This document shows, one piece after another, positions 1-9,615 of a DNA stretch of 64,000 nt. Every line of letters begins with the position of its first letter. Position 1 is the first letter of the stretch. The notes below the pieces were generated by a model. It did not search any database. It was not told the origin of the DNA and was given only the letters and a program-made list of their open reading frames with translations. Origin of the DNA: Candidatus Freyarchaeum deiterrae. GTDB lineage: Archaea; Asgardarchaeota; Jordiarchaeia; Jordiarchaeales; Jordiarchaeaceae. Both the position numbers and the translations under genes were made by a program. Where the stretch lies: contig CP147778.1 of assembly GCA_037305845.1 (NCBI GenBank), positions 2,400,001 to 2,464,000 on the forward strand. Reading direction: 5' to 3'.

Positions 1-1572
1 GTGCCTGATGACTTCAACCTCGGACTCGTTACAAGAAAAGCAATATACATGCCATTCTTCCAAGCTATCCCACAAATTTACGCAATTGACCCAAAAACCT
101 GCAAGTTTGAAGAATGCGGAAAATGCGTCGAGGTCTGCCCCACAGAAGCTATTGACCTAAAAGAAAAGGAAGAAAACCTTACAATCGACGCAGGAGCCGT
201 AATAATCGCCACTGGCTTTGAGGAGTACAACCCCGCCCTAGTGAAGGAATATAGCTATGGACGCTACCCCGATGTCATTACACAAACAGAATTAGCGCGT
301 TTACTTGATGTTTCTGGACCCACAGAAGGTAAACTCATACGCTTATCGGATAAAAAACCAGTAAAAAGAGTAGTAATGATTCAATGCGTCGGCTCAAGAG
401 ATGAGAAACACAACTCCTACTGCTCAAACATCTGCTGCATGGTAGCCCTGAAACACTCCATAATGATAAAGGAGCACTTCCCCGAGATAGATGTAACCAT
501 CGAATACATGGACATCAGACCAGTGGGCTCAAAATATGAGGATTACTACCGCCGAGCCCGAGAACTCGGAGTAAACTTCGTCCGAGGAAGACCTGCAGAA
601 GTGTTCTCAAAAGGTGATCAACTAGTAGTTGAGGGCGAAAACACTTTAAACGGCGAATTCGAAAAAACAGAAGCCGACCTAGTTGTTCTGAGTATGGCTA
701 TGGTTCCATCAAAAGGAACTCAGGAACTCGCAAAAATGCTGGGAGTAGCCATAGGGCAGGACGGGTTCTTTAGCACTATCGACTCCAAAGTACGGCCCTC
801 AGAAACAAATGTTGTGGGTGTATACTTGGCCGGCGGAGCAATGACTCCAATGGATATACCCAACGCCGTATCATACGCTGCTGGTGCAGCTTTGGGCGCA
901 GTAAAGCTAATGAACCAAAAAGAGATCGAGAAACCTCTACTAACATCATTTGTAGATGAGGACACTTGCAGTAGGTGCAGAATATGCGAATGGGCTTGCC
1001 CATTTGACGCGGTTCATGTAGTAGGAGACAAAGCGGCTCAAGTTGACCAATCAAAGTGCTTCGGTTGCGGTATCTGTGCGGCTGCTTGTCCCTCAGCCTG
1101 TATTGATTTAAGGTATCATACAAGTAAACAGCTGGCTGCTGCTATTAACGGCATTTTGGAAAACCGTGGAGAAGCTAAGAAAATTGTCGCAATCACTTGC
1201 TTGGAGTGTGGGTACTCTACTATAGATGATGCGGGTATGCTCGGCATGCAGTATCCCGTAAATGTGAGCACCGTAGAGGTTCCATGCACGGCTTCCATTG
1301 ATTCCCAAGTTGTCTTGGATGCTTTTGCTAATGGTGCCGATGGGGTTCTGCTTATCGGTTGCGATAGATGTCACTACCTAAGGGGCGCCGATGTGGCTAA
1401 CTTGAGAATTTCAATGTTGCAAAATCTTCTATCACAATTCGGTATAGAAACAGAGAGAATGCAGGCTTTCTTCGGAGACTGTCACGATACTGGAGAAATA
1501 ATCGAAAAAATAAAATCCATGGTCGAGAAAATAAACAGCCTAGAAAAAACAAAAAGCGTTCTAGTACCATAA
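1..1572 (+). CDS. hdrA: Heterodisulfide reductase subunit A-like flavoprotein fused to a C-terminal MvhD/FlpD domain (5' end probably outside the window)
   Basis: IQCVGSRD..YCSNICC motif, GAVIIATG, ferredoxin CxxCxxC...CP motifs, then MvhD-like CLECGY / VPCTA / GADGVLLIGC..CHY. Confidence 0.9.
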   Translation: MPDDFNLGLVTRKAIYMPFFQAIPQIYAIDPKTCKFEECGKCVEVCPTEAIDLKEKEENLTIDAGAVIIATGFEEYNPALVKEYSYGRYPDVITQTELARLLDVSGPTEGKLIRLSDKKPVKRVVMIQCVGSRDEKHNSYCSNICCMVALKHSIMIKEHFPEIDVTIEYMDIRPVGSKYEDYYRRARELGVNFVRGRPAEVFSKGDQLVVEGENTLNGEFEKTEADLVVLSMAMVPSKGTQELAKMLGVAIGQDGFFSTIDSKVRPSETNVVGVYLAGGAMTPMDIPNAVSYAAGAALGAVKLMNQKEIEKPLLTSFVDEDTCSRCRICEWACPFDAVHVVGDKAAQVDQSKCFGCGICAAACPSACIDLRYHTSKQLAAAINGILENRGEAKKIVAITCLECGYSTIDDAGMLGMQYPVNVSTVEVPCTASIDSQVVLDAFANGADGVLLIGCDRCHYLRGADVANLRISMLQNLLSQFGIETERMQAFFGDCHDTGEIIEKIKSMVEKINSLEKTKSVLVP

Positions 1573-1630
1573 TTTACTCCTTTTACTTCTTTTCTATTTT
1601 TTCATCTTTTTTTACTTCAAATACGTTTTT
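1573..1630 (+). terminator. T-rich tract between convergent genes, probable archaeal terminator
   Basis: Multiple T5-T7 runs directly after the hdrA stop. Confidence 0.45.
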
Positions 1631-1641
1631 TAAAAAAAGAT

Positions 1642-2415
1642 TTATTCTATAATTGCAAATGCTCTACAGGGTAGAGCTGTTACTGATATTGCGTCTGCAG
1701 CCATATTATCTACTGGTTCTACTCTTAGGGGTGGAAAACAGAGAGTGAATTCTTCCATATCTTTAACCTTTTCCAAGTTCAAATTTTCGATTATCATGTA
1801 GTTTGAGTTTAGCAAAACTAAGTGATTTGTGGCTTTGGAATCTTTTATCGGTTGTAGAAAACTTTCAGCTCCTTCATCAATAACGTATGGAAAGGAGGGT
1901 GAATCATCTGGCAAGTCTACGGAGGGGCAATCTATTCCAAAAGCAATTAGACCGAAATTCGCCACAACTTCTGAGCATTCTCGTTCAAGTGTTGGAAAAC
2001 CGGTAAAATACTTCTCGGGATCTGTTTTCCAGAATTTGCCGAATCCGGTTTTAATCAGTAGTATTTTATTTTTTAGAGTGGGTATTTCTTTAAGTTTTTC
2101 AATTAGCTCTTTAGCTGTGATACTCTCGTTTTCGCCTTTTTTGAATTCAACTGTCAAAGCCTCGCAGACGAATTGTGATATGCTGTAATCTTGTGGTCCT
2201 TTGCCGGCTATAAGGTAGGATGAAGGGAACTCTATATGTGTTCCACAGTGCGTTTCCAAATCAATCATTAATGATAGATACTGAAATATTTGCTCTCTAA
2301 TCGTTATACTATGGCCAACGGTTTTTACGTGGAACTCGTAATTGAACTTATTCGGAAATGAGGCGTTACCCACAAAGTCATAAAGATAAGGTTGGGTCAG
2401 ATCAATTACATTCAT
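1642..2415 (-). CDS. Cyclase / kynurenine formamidase-like metal hydrolase
   Basis: DLTQP, HCGTHIEFP, ILLIKTG, GIDCPSVD, H..LL...IIENL motifs. Confidence 0.85.
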   Translation of the reverse strand: MNVIDLTQPYLYDFVGNASFPNKFNYEFHVKTVGHSITIREQIFQYLSLMIDLETHCGTHIEFPSSYLIAGKGPQDYSISQFVCEALTVEFKKGENESITAKELIEKLKEIPTLKNKILLIKTGFGKFWKTDPEKYFTGFPTLERECSEVVANFGLIAFGIDCPSVDLPDDSPSFPYVIDEGAESFLQPIKDSKATNHLVLLNSNYMIIENLNLEKVKDMEEFTLCFPPLRVEPVDNMAADAISVTALPCRAFAIIE

Positions 2416-2723
2416 GTAAATAACCTCTTCAAAGATTTTTTATAGAAATCCTAACTTAGCTCTTTTTTATTTGAGCGGTTTGCACACTTGCATTTGTGTT
2501 TATTATTGAGTCTTCATTTTTATACTATCTCTGAGTCTATAATATGTTGAGCAAAATAGATGAATTTTTTCATTTTAAAATCAACTTTTATTGCTTATTT
2601 TAATCACTAGAAAAAATTAAAAGGTTTATCTCATTTCCTTTATATTAGAAAAAATTATCCCATATTGGAATATATTTTAAATAACTGTATCCTTTTTTTA
2701 AAAGTCGAGAAGAGGGTTGAGAC

Positions 2724-3434
2724 TTGTCAGAAAAGAGGCTTACTTTACTACTGCACCCTGTACGTAGGGAAATTTACCGGATGATATGCGAAAAACCCGG
2801 AACATACTTTTTAGAAATAGCTAGTGAACTAGCAACCCCTCCTGGTACCCTCTCTTGGCATCTAAGGACTCTCCAAAAATCTGGTCTAATTGGCAGCTTT
2901 AAGTACGGAGGTAAGTTGGTTTACTATCCCAAGGTGTTAAGAGGGGAGGAGGCTGAGAAGGCGTTCTTCACTCTAAGGAGTGGAACAGCCAAGAAGATAT
3001 TCCAGTATATCGTTAACAACCCTGGCTGTCATCAGAGAGAAATAGCAAAAAACCTGAAGGTTCACCATGACACCGTTCGTTGGCACATCGGGAGAATGAT
3101 TGAGACCGGCCTAGTAGATTCGATGAGAGAAGGTCGGAGGGTACATTATTCCCTAGGCAAAATGGGTAAAAAACTACTAGAGGGAAGTTTAAACCTTATT
3201 TCCGACTCTTTTGTACTCTTCCTGATGGATAAGCTGACCGAGCGCTGCCAAAACCCTGAAATCATAGGTAAGAGCAGCGATAAGGTCTCAATCAGACTCG
3301 ATTGTCCAGACATGCAGGAAGACTGTACACTAGTCATCAAACTAGGCAAGTGGGAGTTTGCCGACATGGGAAACGGCGGCGAAAAAGAAATAGAAGAAAA
3401 CGACATAGATTCTAATGGAAACTCCCCCCAATGA
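2724..3434 (+). CDS. Double winged-helix (ArsR/MarR-like) transcriptional regulator
   Basis: Two wHTH units (HPVRREIY..PG...LSWHL..L and IFQYIVNNPG.HQREIA...VRWHI); TTG start after GAGGG. Confidence 0.8.
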   Translation: MSEKRLTLLLHPVRREIYRMICEKPGTYFLEIASELATPPGTLSWHLRTLQKSGLIGSFKYGGKLVYYPKVLRGEEAEKAFFTLRSGTAKKIFQYIVNNPGCHQREIAKNLKVHHDTVRWHIGRMIETGLVDSMREGRRVHYSLGKMGKKLLEGSLNLISDSFVLFLMDKLTERCQNPEIIGKSSDKVSIRLDCPDMQEDCTLVIKLGKWEFADMGNGGEKEIEENDIDSNGNSPQ

Positions 3435-3535
3435 AAAATCAAAACACTACAATGCTTTATCTATGGAACCGCGTTTATTCCACTTAGTAAGATAAAACCC
3501 TCTGAAATGTTTAAGAAAAAGGATGGGATGCTGGT

Positions 3536-3946
3536 TTGAATCAACTAACAAGCGGAGTTATGATGAAGCTTAAACCAAGAGATAAAGAAAAAGTTCTAGA
3601 GCTTCCTTCTCAGTTTTTTGACGCAATTAAACATGAGAATGCGCTCGTAATTCTTACTCCCGCCAATGAAACCGTGAGAATTATTCCCACTGGAAGCCAA
3701 AAGATATTTAGGATTTTGATAAATCTGGCTGATAGGCTTTCTTCAAATTTTCTAATCGGGCTCAAAGCGTTTTTCGAAGAAAATAAGATCACGCCACTCT
3801 TCACTTCCGGCCTTTGTCTTAAAGAAAAAAACTGTACGTATGAACTTTACTGCCCTGCTGAGATGATGAATGAGACTCAGCTAATAAAAAAACTTGAGCA
3901 ATTGGAAAGCGTAAAAAAAGTGGAAATCCAAACATTATCAGTCTAA
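3536..3946 (+). CDS. Hypothetical protein with C-terminal ACT-like domain
   Basis: Long ORF; ACT-like ending (LFTSGLC...YELY...LEQLESVKKVEI); true start may be ATG 3560. Confidence 0.55.
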   Translation: MNQLTSGVMMKLKPRDKEKVLELPSQFFDAIKHENALVILTPANETVRIIPTGSQKIFRILINLADRLSSNFLIGLKAFFEENKITPLFTSGLCLKEKNCTYELYCPAEMMNETQLIKKLEQLESVKKVEIQTLSV

Positions 3947-4299
3947 ATCACACAGTATTCAAAAGTTTTTGAATAACTTATTTACTAGATAGTATATCGA
4001 AAGAATAAGGTTACATGGTATCTTTTGGGTTGAGAAAACAAAAACTGGCAAAAAACCCCCTTATATTATATATTATTTAATTAAAAGGGGGGTATTATTA
4101 TTTCTTCTTCCCCCTCTGCCCTATTTTCTACTATTAATATTATAATATACTCACTCACTCAACCAACCAATAAGTATTAATGCTTTATATAAAAAAAGAA
4201 TTAACCACCCTCTTCTAAGGCGTTAAAAGTTAGATAAAATCCTAAAACGTTTCTAAATTAAAGTAGTTTAATTCACGGACGGCCTATAGAAAAGATAGT

Positions 4300-4811
4300 T
4301 TAATCCTGGGGCTGAGGTCCTGGCAATAACTTAAACTCTTTTCTATTCTCAATCCTAATAGTTTCTTCTAAGTCGTCAGTTCTCATAAAAAACGGCAAAA
4401 GAGTTCTTAGCGTTTTCCGCACATGATAATCTATTAATTTGCGATCTGATATATTGAATTTTAATTGAATTTCGCTTGTCTTTATCCCTAAACTGTACAT
4501 TTTTGCTACCTCGAGGTCTTGCGGATCCACGTCCTCTAGTTCTAGTTTGTATTCATATTCATAGAAATAATGCCCAATTATGTTGCTGCAAAAACAATCT
4601 ATTGCCGCATCTAGCTCATAGTTGCTAATGCCGTGGTTTTTACACCATAAATTTTCGCTGATAGGTTTTTCCTAAGTCGTTTAGCATATAGTTTAGGGCT
4701 AGTTTTCTTACTTCTATGAAGCCCATTTTAGCTATTCGCTCTTTAGCTGCCTTTTTCCCTAATGTGTTTTTCTCCAATCTTCATTTTTTTCTTTTCTTTT
4801 TCAACTACCAT
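4300..4811 (-). pseudogene. Frameshifted gene with C-terminal HTH-like region
   Basis: ATG 4811 after AAGGAG reads MVVEKRK..NDLGK; a second frame continues KPISENLWC...DPQDLEVAKMYSLG.. to stop 4300; the shift maps to the A5 run at 4666-4670. Confidence 0.5.
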
Positions 4812-4836
4812 TTTTAATCTACTCCTTTAAACTCCT

Positions 4837-5427
4837 CTAAATGAGAGAGGATAATTCTTTTCTGAAGTTTTGAACATTTTTATTATTCGGGCCAAAAGGT
4901 AAAGGGATAACCACATAGTTGAAATTTAAATCCAAGTATGCCTTTACTTCTTTGAAACTACTCTTTCCGATGAAAATGACTTTTTGGAAGCTTAAGGAAT
5001 TCAATTCTTTGTTTAGGTATTTCGAACAAGACTCGATTGCTTTTCTTTTTTCCTTTCTTAAGAGTTTATTAATAGGACATTTAACCATGTCAATGAGGTA
5101 GAATCCTTTTTCCATCTTGAATCTATCTAGAAAGTGTTCTTTGGTGAATTTTGAACATTCCTTCATCTCTTCTTCAAATAAGACATACATCATCTGATAA
5201 AAAAGACCACCATACCTTATCTGTCCCGGAGCATAGAAGTATCTGTTTTTATCTCTTAAAAATGATATTGTGGGAGATTCTGCCACAAACAGTATCTTAA
5301 TTTTTTCATTCGGCACATACTTAGCATTTATTTTGAGTGTCTCATCTCTTACATCAATGTAGTCTTTTCTTTCACTTAAAATACATCCATTACATCCACA
5401 CGTTTGGCAATCCCTCTTTACAGACAT
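4837..5427 (-). CDS. Uracil-DNA glycosylase-like superfamily protein
   Basis: ILFVAESP, YLIDMVKCP, VIFIGK, IPLP motifs. Confidence 0.65.
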   Translation of the reverse strand: MSVKRDCQTCGCNGCILSERKDYIDVRDETLKINAKYVPNEKIKILFVAESPTISFLRDKNRYFYAPGQIRYGGLFYQMMYVLFEEEMKECSKFTKEHFLDRFKMEKGFYLIDMVKCPINKLLRKEKRKAIESCSKYLNKELNSLSFQKVIFIGKSSFKEVKAYLDLNFNYVVIPLPFGPNNKNVQNFRKELSSLI

Positions 5428-5450
5428 TATTTCATTCTCCTAATTTTATT

Positions 5451-5645
5451 TTAGACCGCAACTCTTGGCATGATTTTCACATTCTCTCCTTCTTCAAGCA
5501 TACTTTCGGAAGCCATAGTTTTACCATTCTTAACCACGAAGTGTGTGTTAATACTAAAGCCTAAATCACTTAGAAGTTTCTTTACCGTTGTTCTATACTT
5601 CACTATTAGTTCTATCATTATTTTCTTCATCTCTTTGTTTATCAT
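5451..5645 (-). CDS. MoaD/ThiS/SAMP-like ubiquitin-fold protein lacking C-terminal GG
   Basis: TVKKLLSDLG...VVKNG.....LEEGENVKIMP pattern; ends VAV-stop. Confidence 0.6.
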   Translation of the reverse strand: MINKEMKKIMIELIVKYRTTVKKLLSDLGFSINTHFVVKNGKTMASESMLEEGENVKIMPRVAV

Positions 5646-5676
5646 GTTCTAGCTTGTTATAGCAATAGGTATGAGT

Positions 5677-5871
5677 TTAGTCTATTGGTTTGAGTTTTTG
5701 TTTAAGTTCTGCTAATAGTTGTTGATGTAAATCACCATAACCCTGGAGATTAGCCGAATTATCCTTATCGGCACGTGGGGGATCCGCGAAAACTTTCGTT
5801 ATCTCTGTGGTTGTTTGCTGTCTATAAGTAATTTGAGTTAATGCCGGGATGTACACCTTATTCATATCCAA
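5677..5871 (-). CDS. Small hypothetical protein (possibly a gene fragment) ending in a WH2-like motif
   Basis: C-terminus LHQQLLAELKQKLKPID. Confidence 0.35.
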   Translation of the reverse strand: MDMNKVYIPALTQITYRQQTTTEITKVFADPPRADKDNSANLQGYGDLHQQLLAELKQKLKPID

Positions 5872-5921
5872 TGGTGTTTTTACTAAACCTTATGCAGAAC
5901 TGAAGCCCACCTGGGGAATGA

Positions 5922-6596
5922 TTATAGTTTACCGTTTTGGTCAGCAATTAATGATGGTAGTTTCGCAACGCTTTCTATAATTAAATCGGGTTTTTCTTTA
6001 GCCAGAATCTCTTCTTTAATGCCTCCACTCAAAACTGCTATGGTTACTGCGCCGATCTTTTTTCCAGATCTGATGTCTGCGACGAAATCTCCTACGAACA
6101 TACTTTCAGATGGACTGTAGCCCAGCTTGTCTAAAGCCTCAAGAAGATTCTGTTCCTTGGAGAAATAGTACTCATTTCCACTCTGGCTCTTTAACCTAGT
6201 AAATACCACATCTATGTATTGATCCAACTCGTATTTCTTTAGTTCAGACCAAACACTTTCAACGCTTGCAATTCTACCTGTTACAACTCCTATGCTCATT
6301 CCGCGTTTTTTTAATTCGTAAAGAGCTTCTTTTGATCCCGGTATCATAAACTCGTCTGGTGATGATATCTTAGAATAATTCTGGAGAAAATGATCCCAAA
6401 ACTTTATCTGTAAATCCTCTGGAACCAATTTGTCCAGCGAAGCGTTATTATACAATTCGTCAAAAGTTTTCCGGGGCAGTGTAGGTAACTTGAATTTTTC
6501 AAATGATTTATTTAAAACTAAGTAGAATCGACTTCTTGTATTTACCAAGGTTCCATCCAAGTCAAGCAGTATAGCACTAATATTGTTCTTAACCAA
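5922..6596 (-). CDS. HAD-superfamily phosphatase (phosphoglycolate phosphatase-like)
   Basis: DLDGTL, VVTG, FVGDFVADI motifs. Confidence 0.9.
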   Translation of the reverse strand: MVKNNISAILLDLDGTLVNTRSRFYLVLNKSFEKFKLPTLPRKTFDELYNNASLDKLVPEDLQIKFWDHFLQNYSKISSPDEFMIPGSKEALYELKKRGMSIGVVTGRIASVESVWSELKKYELDQYIDVVFTRLKSQSGNEYYFSKEQNLLEALDKLGYSPSESMFVGDFVADIRSGKKIGAVTIAVLSGGIKEEILAKEKPDLIIESVAKLPSLIADQNGKL

Positions 6597-6771
6597 GACC
6601 TAAACCTCTTGAATACTCGGGAGGGAAACAAAAATCTCCAATATCACTCTAATGCACCAATTCTGTGATTAATTTGAGGTAATCTTAAATTGGCGTGTAA
6701 TAATTTTGTTTTCTAGCACACTTACTTTAATCATCGGAACTTTAAAAATTACCCCAATAGGAGAGCTTCAA

Positions 6772-8505
6772 ATGTCAAATGACCTTGAGCAAACAATTCT
6801 AAAATATGCTCTTGCAAATGCTGTTAAGTTCGGAGGAAACGCTAATCAAAAAGCGGTTATGGGCAGGGTAATAGCCGAAAATCCCGAACTCAGAAGCCAA
6901 GCAAAAGAAATAGGAAAACTGACTTCCCAGATAATCGGAGAAATCTCAAAATTAAGTTTAGATCAGCAGAAGGAGAAATTGTTAGAAATTGCTCCTGAAC
7001 TTCTAGAAGTGCAAAAGAAAGAAGAGGAGATAAAGGAGCTGCCTCCCCTTCCTAATGTCGACCTCTACGAGCAAGTTGTTATGAGGCTGGCGCCCTATCC
7101 CTCCGGTCCGCTCCACATAGGGAACACGAGAATGGTCGTTCTCAACGACGAGTACATTAAACGATACGAGGGCAAATTGATTCTGGCTTTTGACGACACT
7201 ATAGGTAGTGAAGAAAAAAGAATTATGCCCGAAGCCTATGATCTCATAAGGGAAGGACTTGAATGGCTGGGTGTTAAATGGAACCAAGAAATTTACAAAT
7301 CAGACCGTATATCCGAGTTCTACAAGTACTGCGAGCAACTAATCAAAAAAGGAGAAGCATACACAGATTTATGCGAAGCTACTGAGTGGCGGGAAAAATA
7401 CAAAAAAACCGGGAAATCCTGCCCTCACCGTGATCAGACGGTTGAAGAGAATCTAGAAAACTGGAAGAAAATGTTAAATGGGGAATTAGGTGAAGGCCAA
7501 GCTGTGGTCAGAATCAAAACAGGAATGAACCACCCGGATCCAGCAGTGAGAGACCACATAATCATGAGGATTTCGGAGCGTGAACATCCTCGGGTAGGTT
7601 TAAAGTACCGTGTCTGGCCGCTTCTAGAGTTCTCCTGGGCTATCGATGATCACCTATTAGGCATTACCCACATTCTGCGTGGAAAAGACCTGATAAAAGA
7701 GGATATAGTAGAGCAGTTTATCTGGAAGAAAATGAATTGGCCTACCGCTCAGTTCATACATTATGGAATAATAACCTTCAAGGGCTTAAAACTTAGCAAG
7801 TCTAAATCACGGGGACTGATAGATAAAGGAGTTTACCTTGGATGGGACGACCCCAGAACGTGGAGTTTGCAGTCCCTAAGAAGGAGAGGAATACAACCCG
7901 AAGCAATAAGGCGAGCCATGATCGACCTCGGTTTAAGCATGATAGACATCGAATACAGCCCCGACATTCTCTACGCGATAAATAGAAAAATAATAGACAC
8001 CACAGCGGACCGCTACTTTTTTGTGGAATCCCCCGTTGAGCTTACTATCAGAAAGGCTCCGAATAAAAACCTAGAAGCCAAGCCTTTGCTTCACCCAGAT
8101 TTTCCAGAAAGAGGAACAAGAAAAATCCCAGTGAGCGTCGAAAAGGGATTAATTAAAGTTCTGATATCAGAGCGAGATAAAGACACGATGAGCCCCGATA
8201 ATATTATTCGTTTGAAAGACCTCATAAACATAACAATAACAAACATCAATCCCCTAAAAGCTGAATTCAACAGCTCCACAATCGAGGAAGCACGTAATTT
8301 AAACGCGAAAATAATTCATTGGGTACCCTCAGAAGGAAGCATTCCCATCAGCGTTTTAAAACCCGACGGTGTGAAAGTTAATGGACTCGGAGAACCCCAA
8401 TGCAAACAAATGAAAGTAGGTCAATTAGTTCAATTCGAAAGGTATGGTTTCAGCAGAATCGACCAAACCGAACCCCAAATCGTAGCTTTCTTCGCGCATA
8501 ACTAG
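6772..8505 (+). CDS. gltX: Glutamate--tRNA ligase (archaeal type)
   Basis: RLAPYPSGPLHIGN, KLSKS, GWDDPR, QFERYGF; ATG 6772 after GGAG preferred over TTG 6706. Confidence 0.96.
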   Translation: MSNDLEQTILKYALANAVKFGGNANQKAVMGRVIAENPELRSQAKEIGKLTSQIIGEISKLSLDQQKEKLLEIAPELLEVQKKEEEIKELPPLPNVDLYEQVVMRLAPYPSGPLHIGNTRMVVLNDEYIKRYEGKLILAFDDTIGSEEKRIMPEAYDLIREGLEWLGVKWNQEIYKSDRISEFYKYCEQLIKKGEAYTDLCEATEWREKYKKTGKSCPHRDQTVEENLENWKKMLNGELGEGQAVVRIKTGMNHPDPAVRDHIIMRISEREHPRVGLKYRVWPLLEFSWAIDDHLLGITHILRGKDLIKEDIVEQFIWKKMNWPTAQFIHYGIITFKGLKLSKSKSRGLIDKGVYLGWDDPRTWSLQSLRRRGIQPEAIRRAMIDLGLSMIDIEYSPDILYAINRKIIDTTADRYFFVESPVELTIRKAPNKNLEAKPLLHPDFPERGTRKIPVSVEKGLIKVLISERDKDTMSPDNIIRLKDLINITITNINPLKAEFNSSTIEEARNLNAKIIHWVPSEGSIPISVLKPDGVKVNGLGEPQCKQMKVGQLVQFERYGFSRIDQTEPQIVAFFAHN

Positions 8506-8565
8506 AGTTTTTATAATTTTCCCGAATAATAAAAAGTAGACTACACCAAAAAAAGGGTTAAAGCA

Positions 8566-9327
8566 ATGTTTCAAACACTAATAAACTATATCGCGTTAGT
8601 CACATGCATCATCCCTCTAGTCTTTGCTTCCTATAGTGATTGGAAAACCCGAACAGTGAAAAACCACATTTGGCTGATTATGACTATAGAAGGATTGGCT
8701 ATAGCTGCCACCAGATGGGTTTATACCGCTGAGCTCATTACTACTATTTTTTCCTATGCAGTAACTTTCCTAATCTCACTTGCATTTTTCGCTTCCAAAA
8801 TTTTTGGTGGGGCTGATGCCAAAGCCATGATGTGCGTTTCACTAATCATTCCTCAAAACGTTTCAACATCATCACTCACTCCCCTTTTCCCGCTCACGGC
8901 ATTTCTGAACACGTTTATCCTTCTGGGCTTGTTCTACCTCCTAGTACTAGGCTTCAATTTGTTGAGGCGTCTAAGAGGAGAAGATCTATTTCCTGGATTG
9001 GAGTCGGAATCAAAATTGAGAAAGGCATTAGCCCTGTTAACCTGTACTAGAACAGATCTGGATTCTGTTCAGACTAAGAAACACTTCTACCCCGCACAAC
9101 AAGTCATCAAGAAGAACAGCAAAACAGAAATGCATCTAATCCCCCCAAGGCAAGCATTAGATAAAGAGCAGATAAATTTTAACCTCTTGAAAAGCAAAGT
9201 AAAACCATTATCCAATAATAGAATCTGGGCTTACTTCTCAAAGCCTTTGATACCTATCATACTGATTTCAGTAATAATATCATTCTTCCTAGGAGATCTC
9301 CTCTTTTTCCCACTCAAAATTTTCTGA
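8566..9327 (+). CDS. Prepilin/prearchaellin peptidase (A24, PibD/FlaK-like)
   Basis: SYSDWKTR.V.N..W and FGGADAK aspartyl motifs; multiple TM segments. Confidence 0.85.
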   Translation: MFQTLINYIALVTCIIPLVFASYSDWKTRTVKNHIWLIMTIEGLAIAATRWVYTAELITTIFSYAVTFLISLAFFASKIFGGADAKAMMCVSLIIPQNVSTSSLTPLFPLTAFLNTFILLGLFYLLVLGFNLLRRLRGEDLFPGLESESKLRKALALLTCTRTDLDSVQTKKHFYPAQQVIKKNSKTEMHLIPPRQALDKEQINFNLLKSKVKPLSNNRIWAYFSKPLIPIILISVIISFFLGDLLFFPLKIF

Positions 9328-9615
9328 ATCATAATCCAAAAGACACCTACTCACGCACAGAATGAGAACATCAACATAATGGTTGCAGGAGAATCTGAAA
9401 GGCACACGAAAGCTATAAGTAAAGCAAAATTACTAAAAACATAACACCCCCAATAAGTTTGAGAGAGACCTATAAGGATTGAAGTAATGCTTCAAACCTA
9501 CGATGAGGAGAGTTCTATTCCGTTTTGCGTGGTAGAATTATTACGGAAGTCTTCTCCTCAAAGCAAAAAGTTATTTCTTTGAGTATTATAATAGTTCGCT
9601 AGTGGAGGAAAAGTT

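Larger units (their letters stand above)
3990..5900. mobile_element. Probable remnant of an integrated element (small minus-strand accessory ORFs plus an AT-rich palindromic segment)
   Basis: Short unrelated ORFs, one frameshifted, between housekeeping-type genes; no integrase visible; ends approximate. Confidence 0.4.

Noticed and set aside
4660-4675. Frameshift as a third BHB intron
   Set aside because: Single-base shift in an A5 run with no hairpin or BHB geometry
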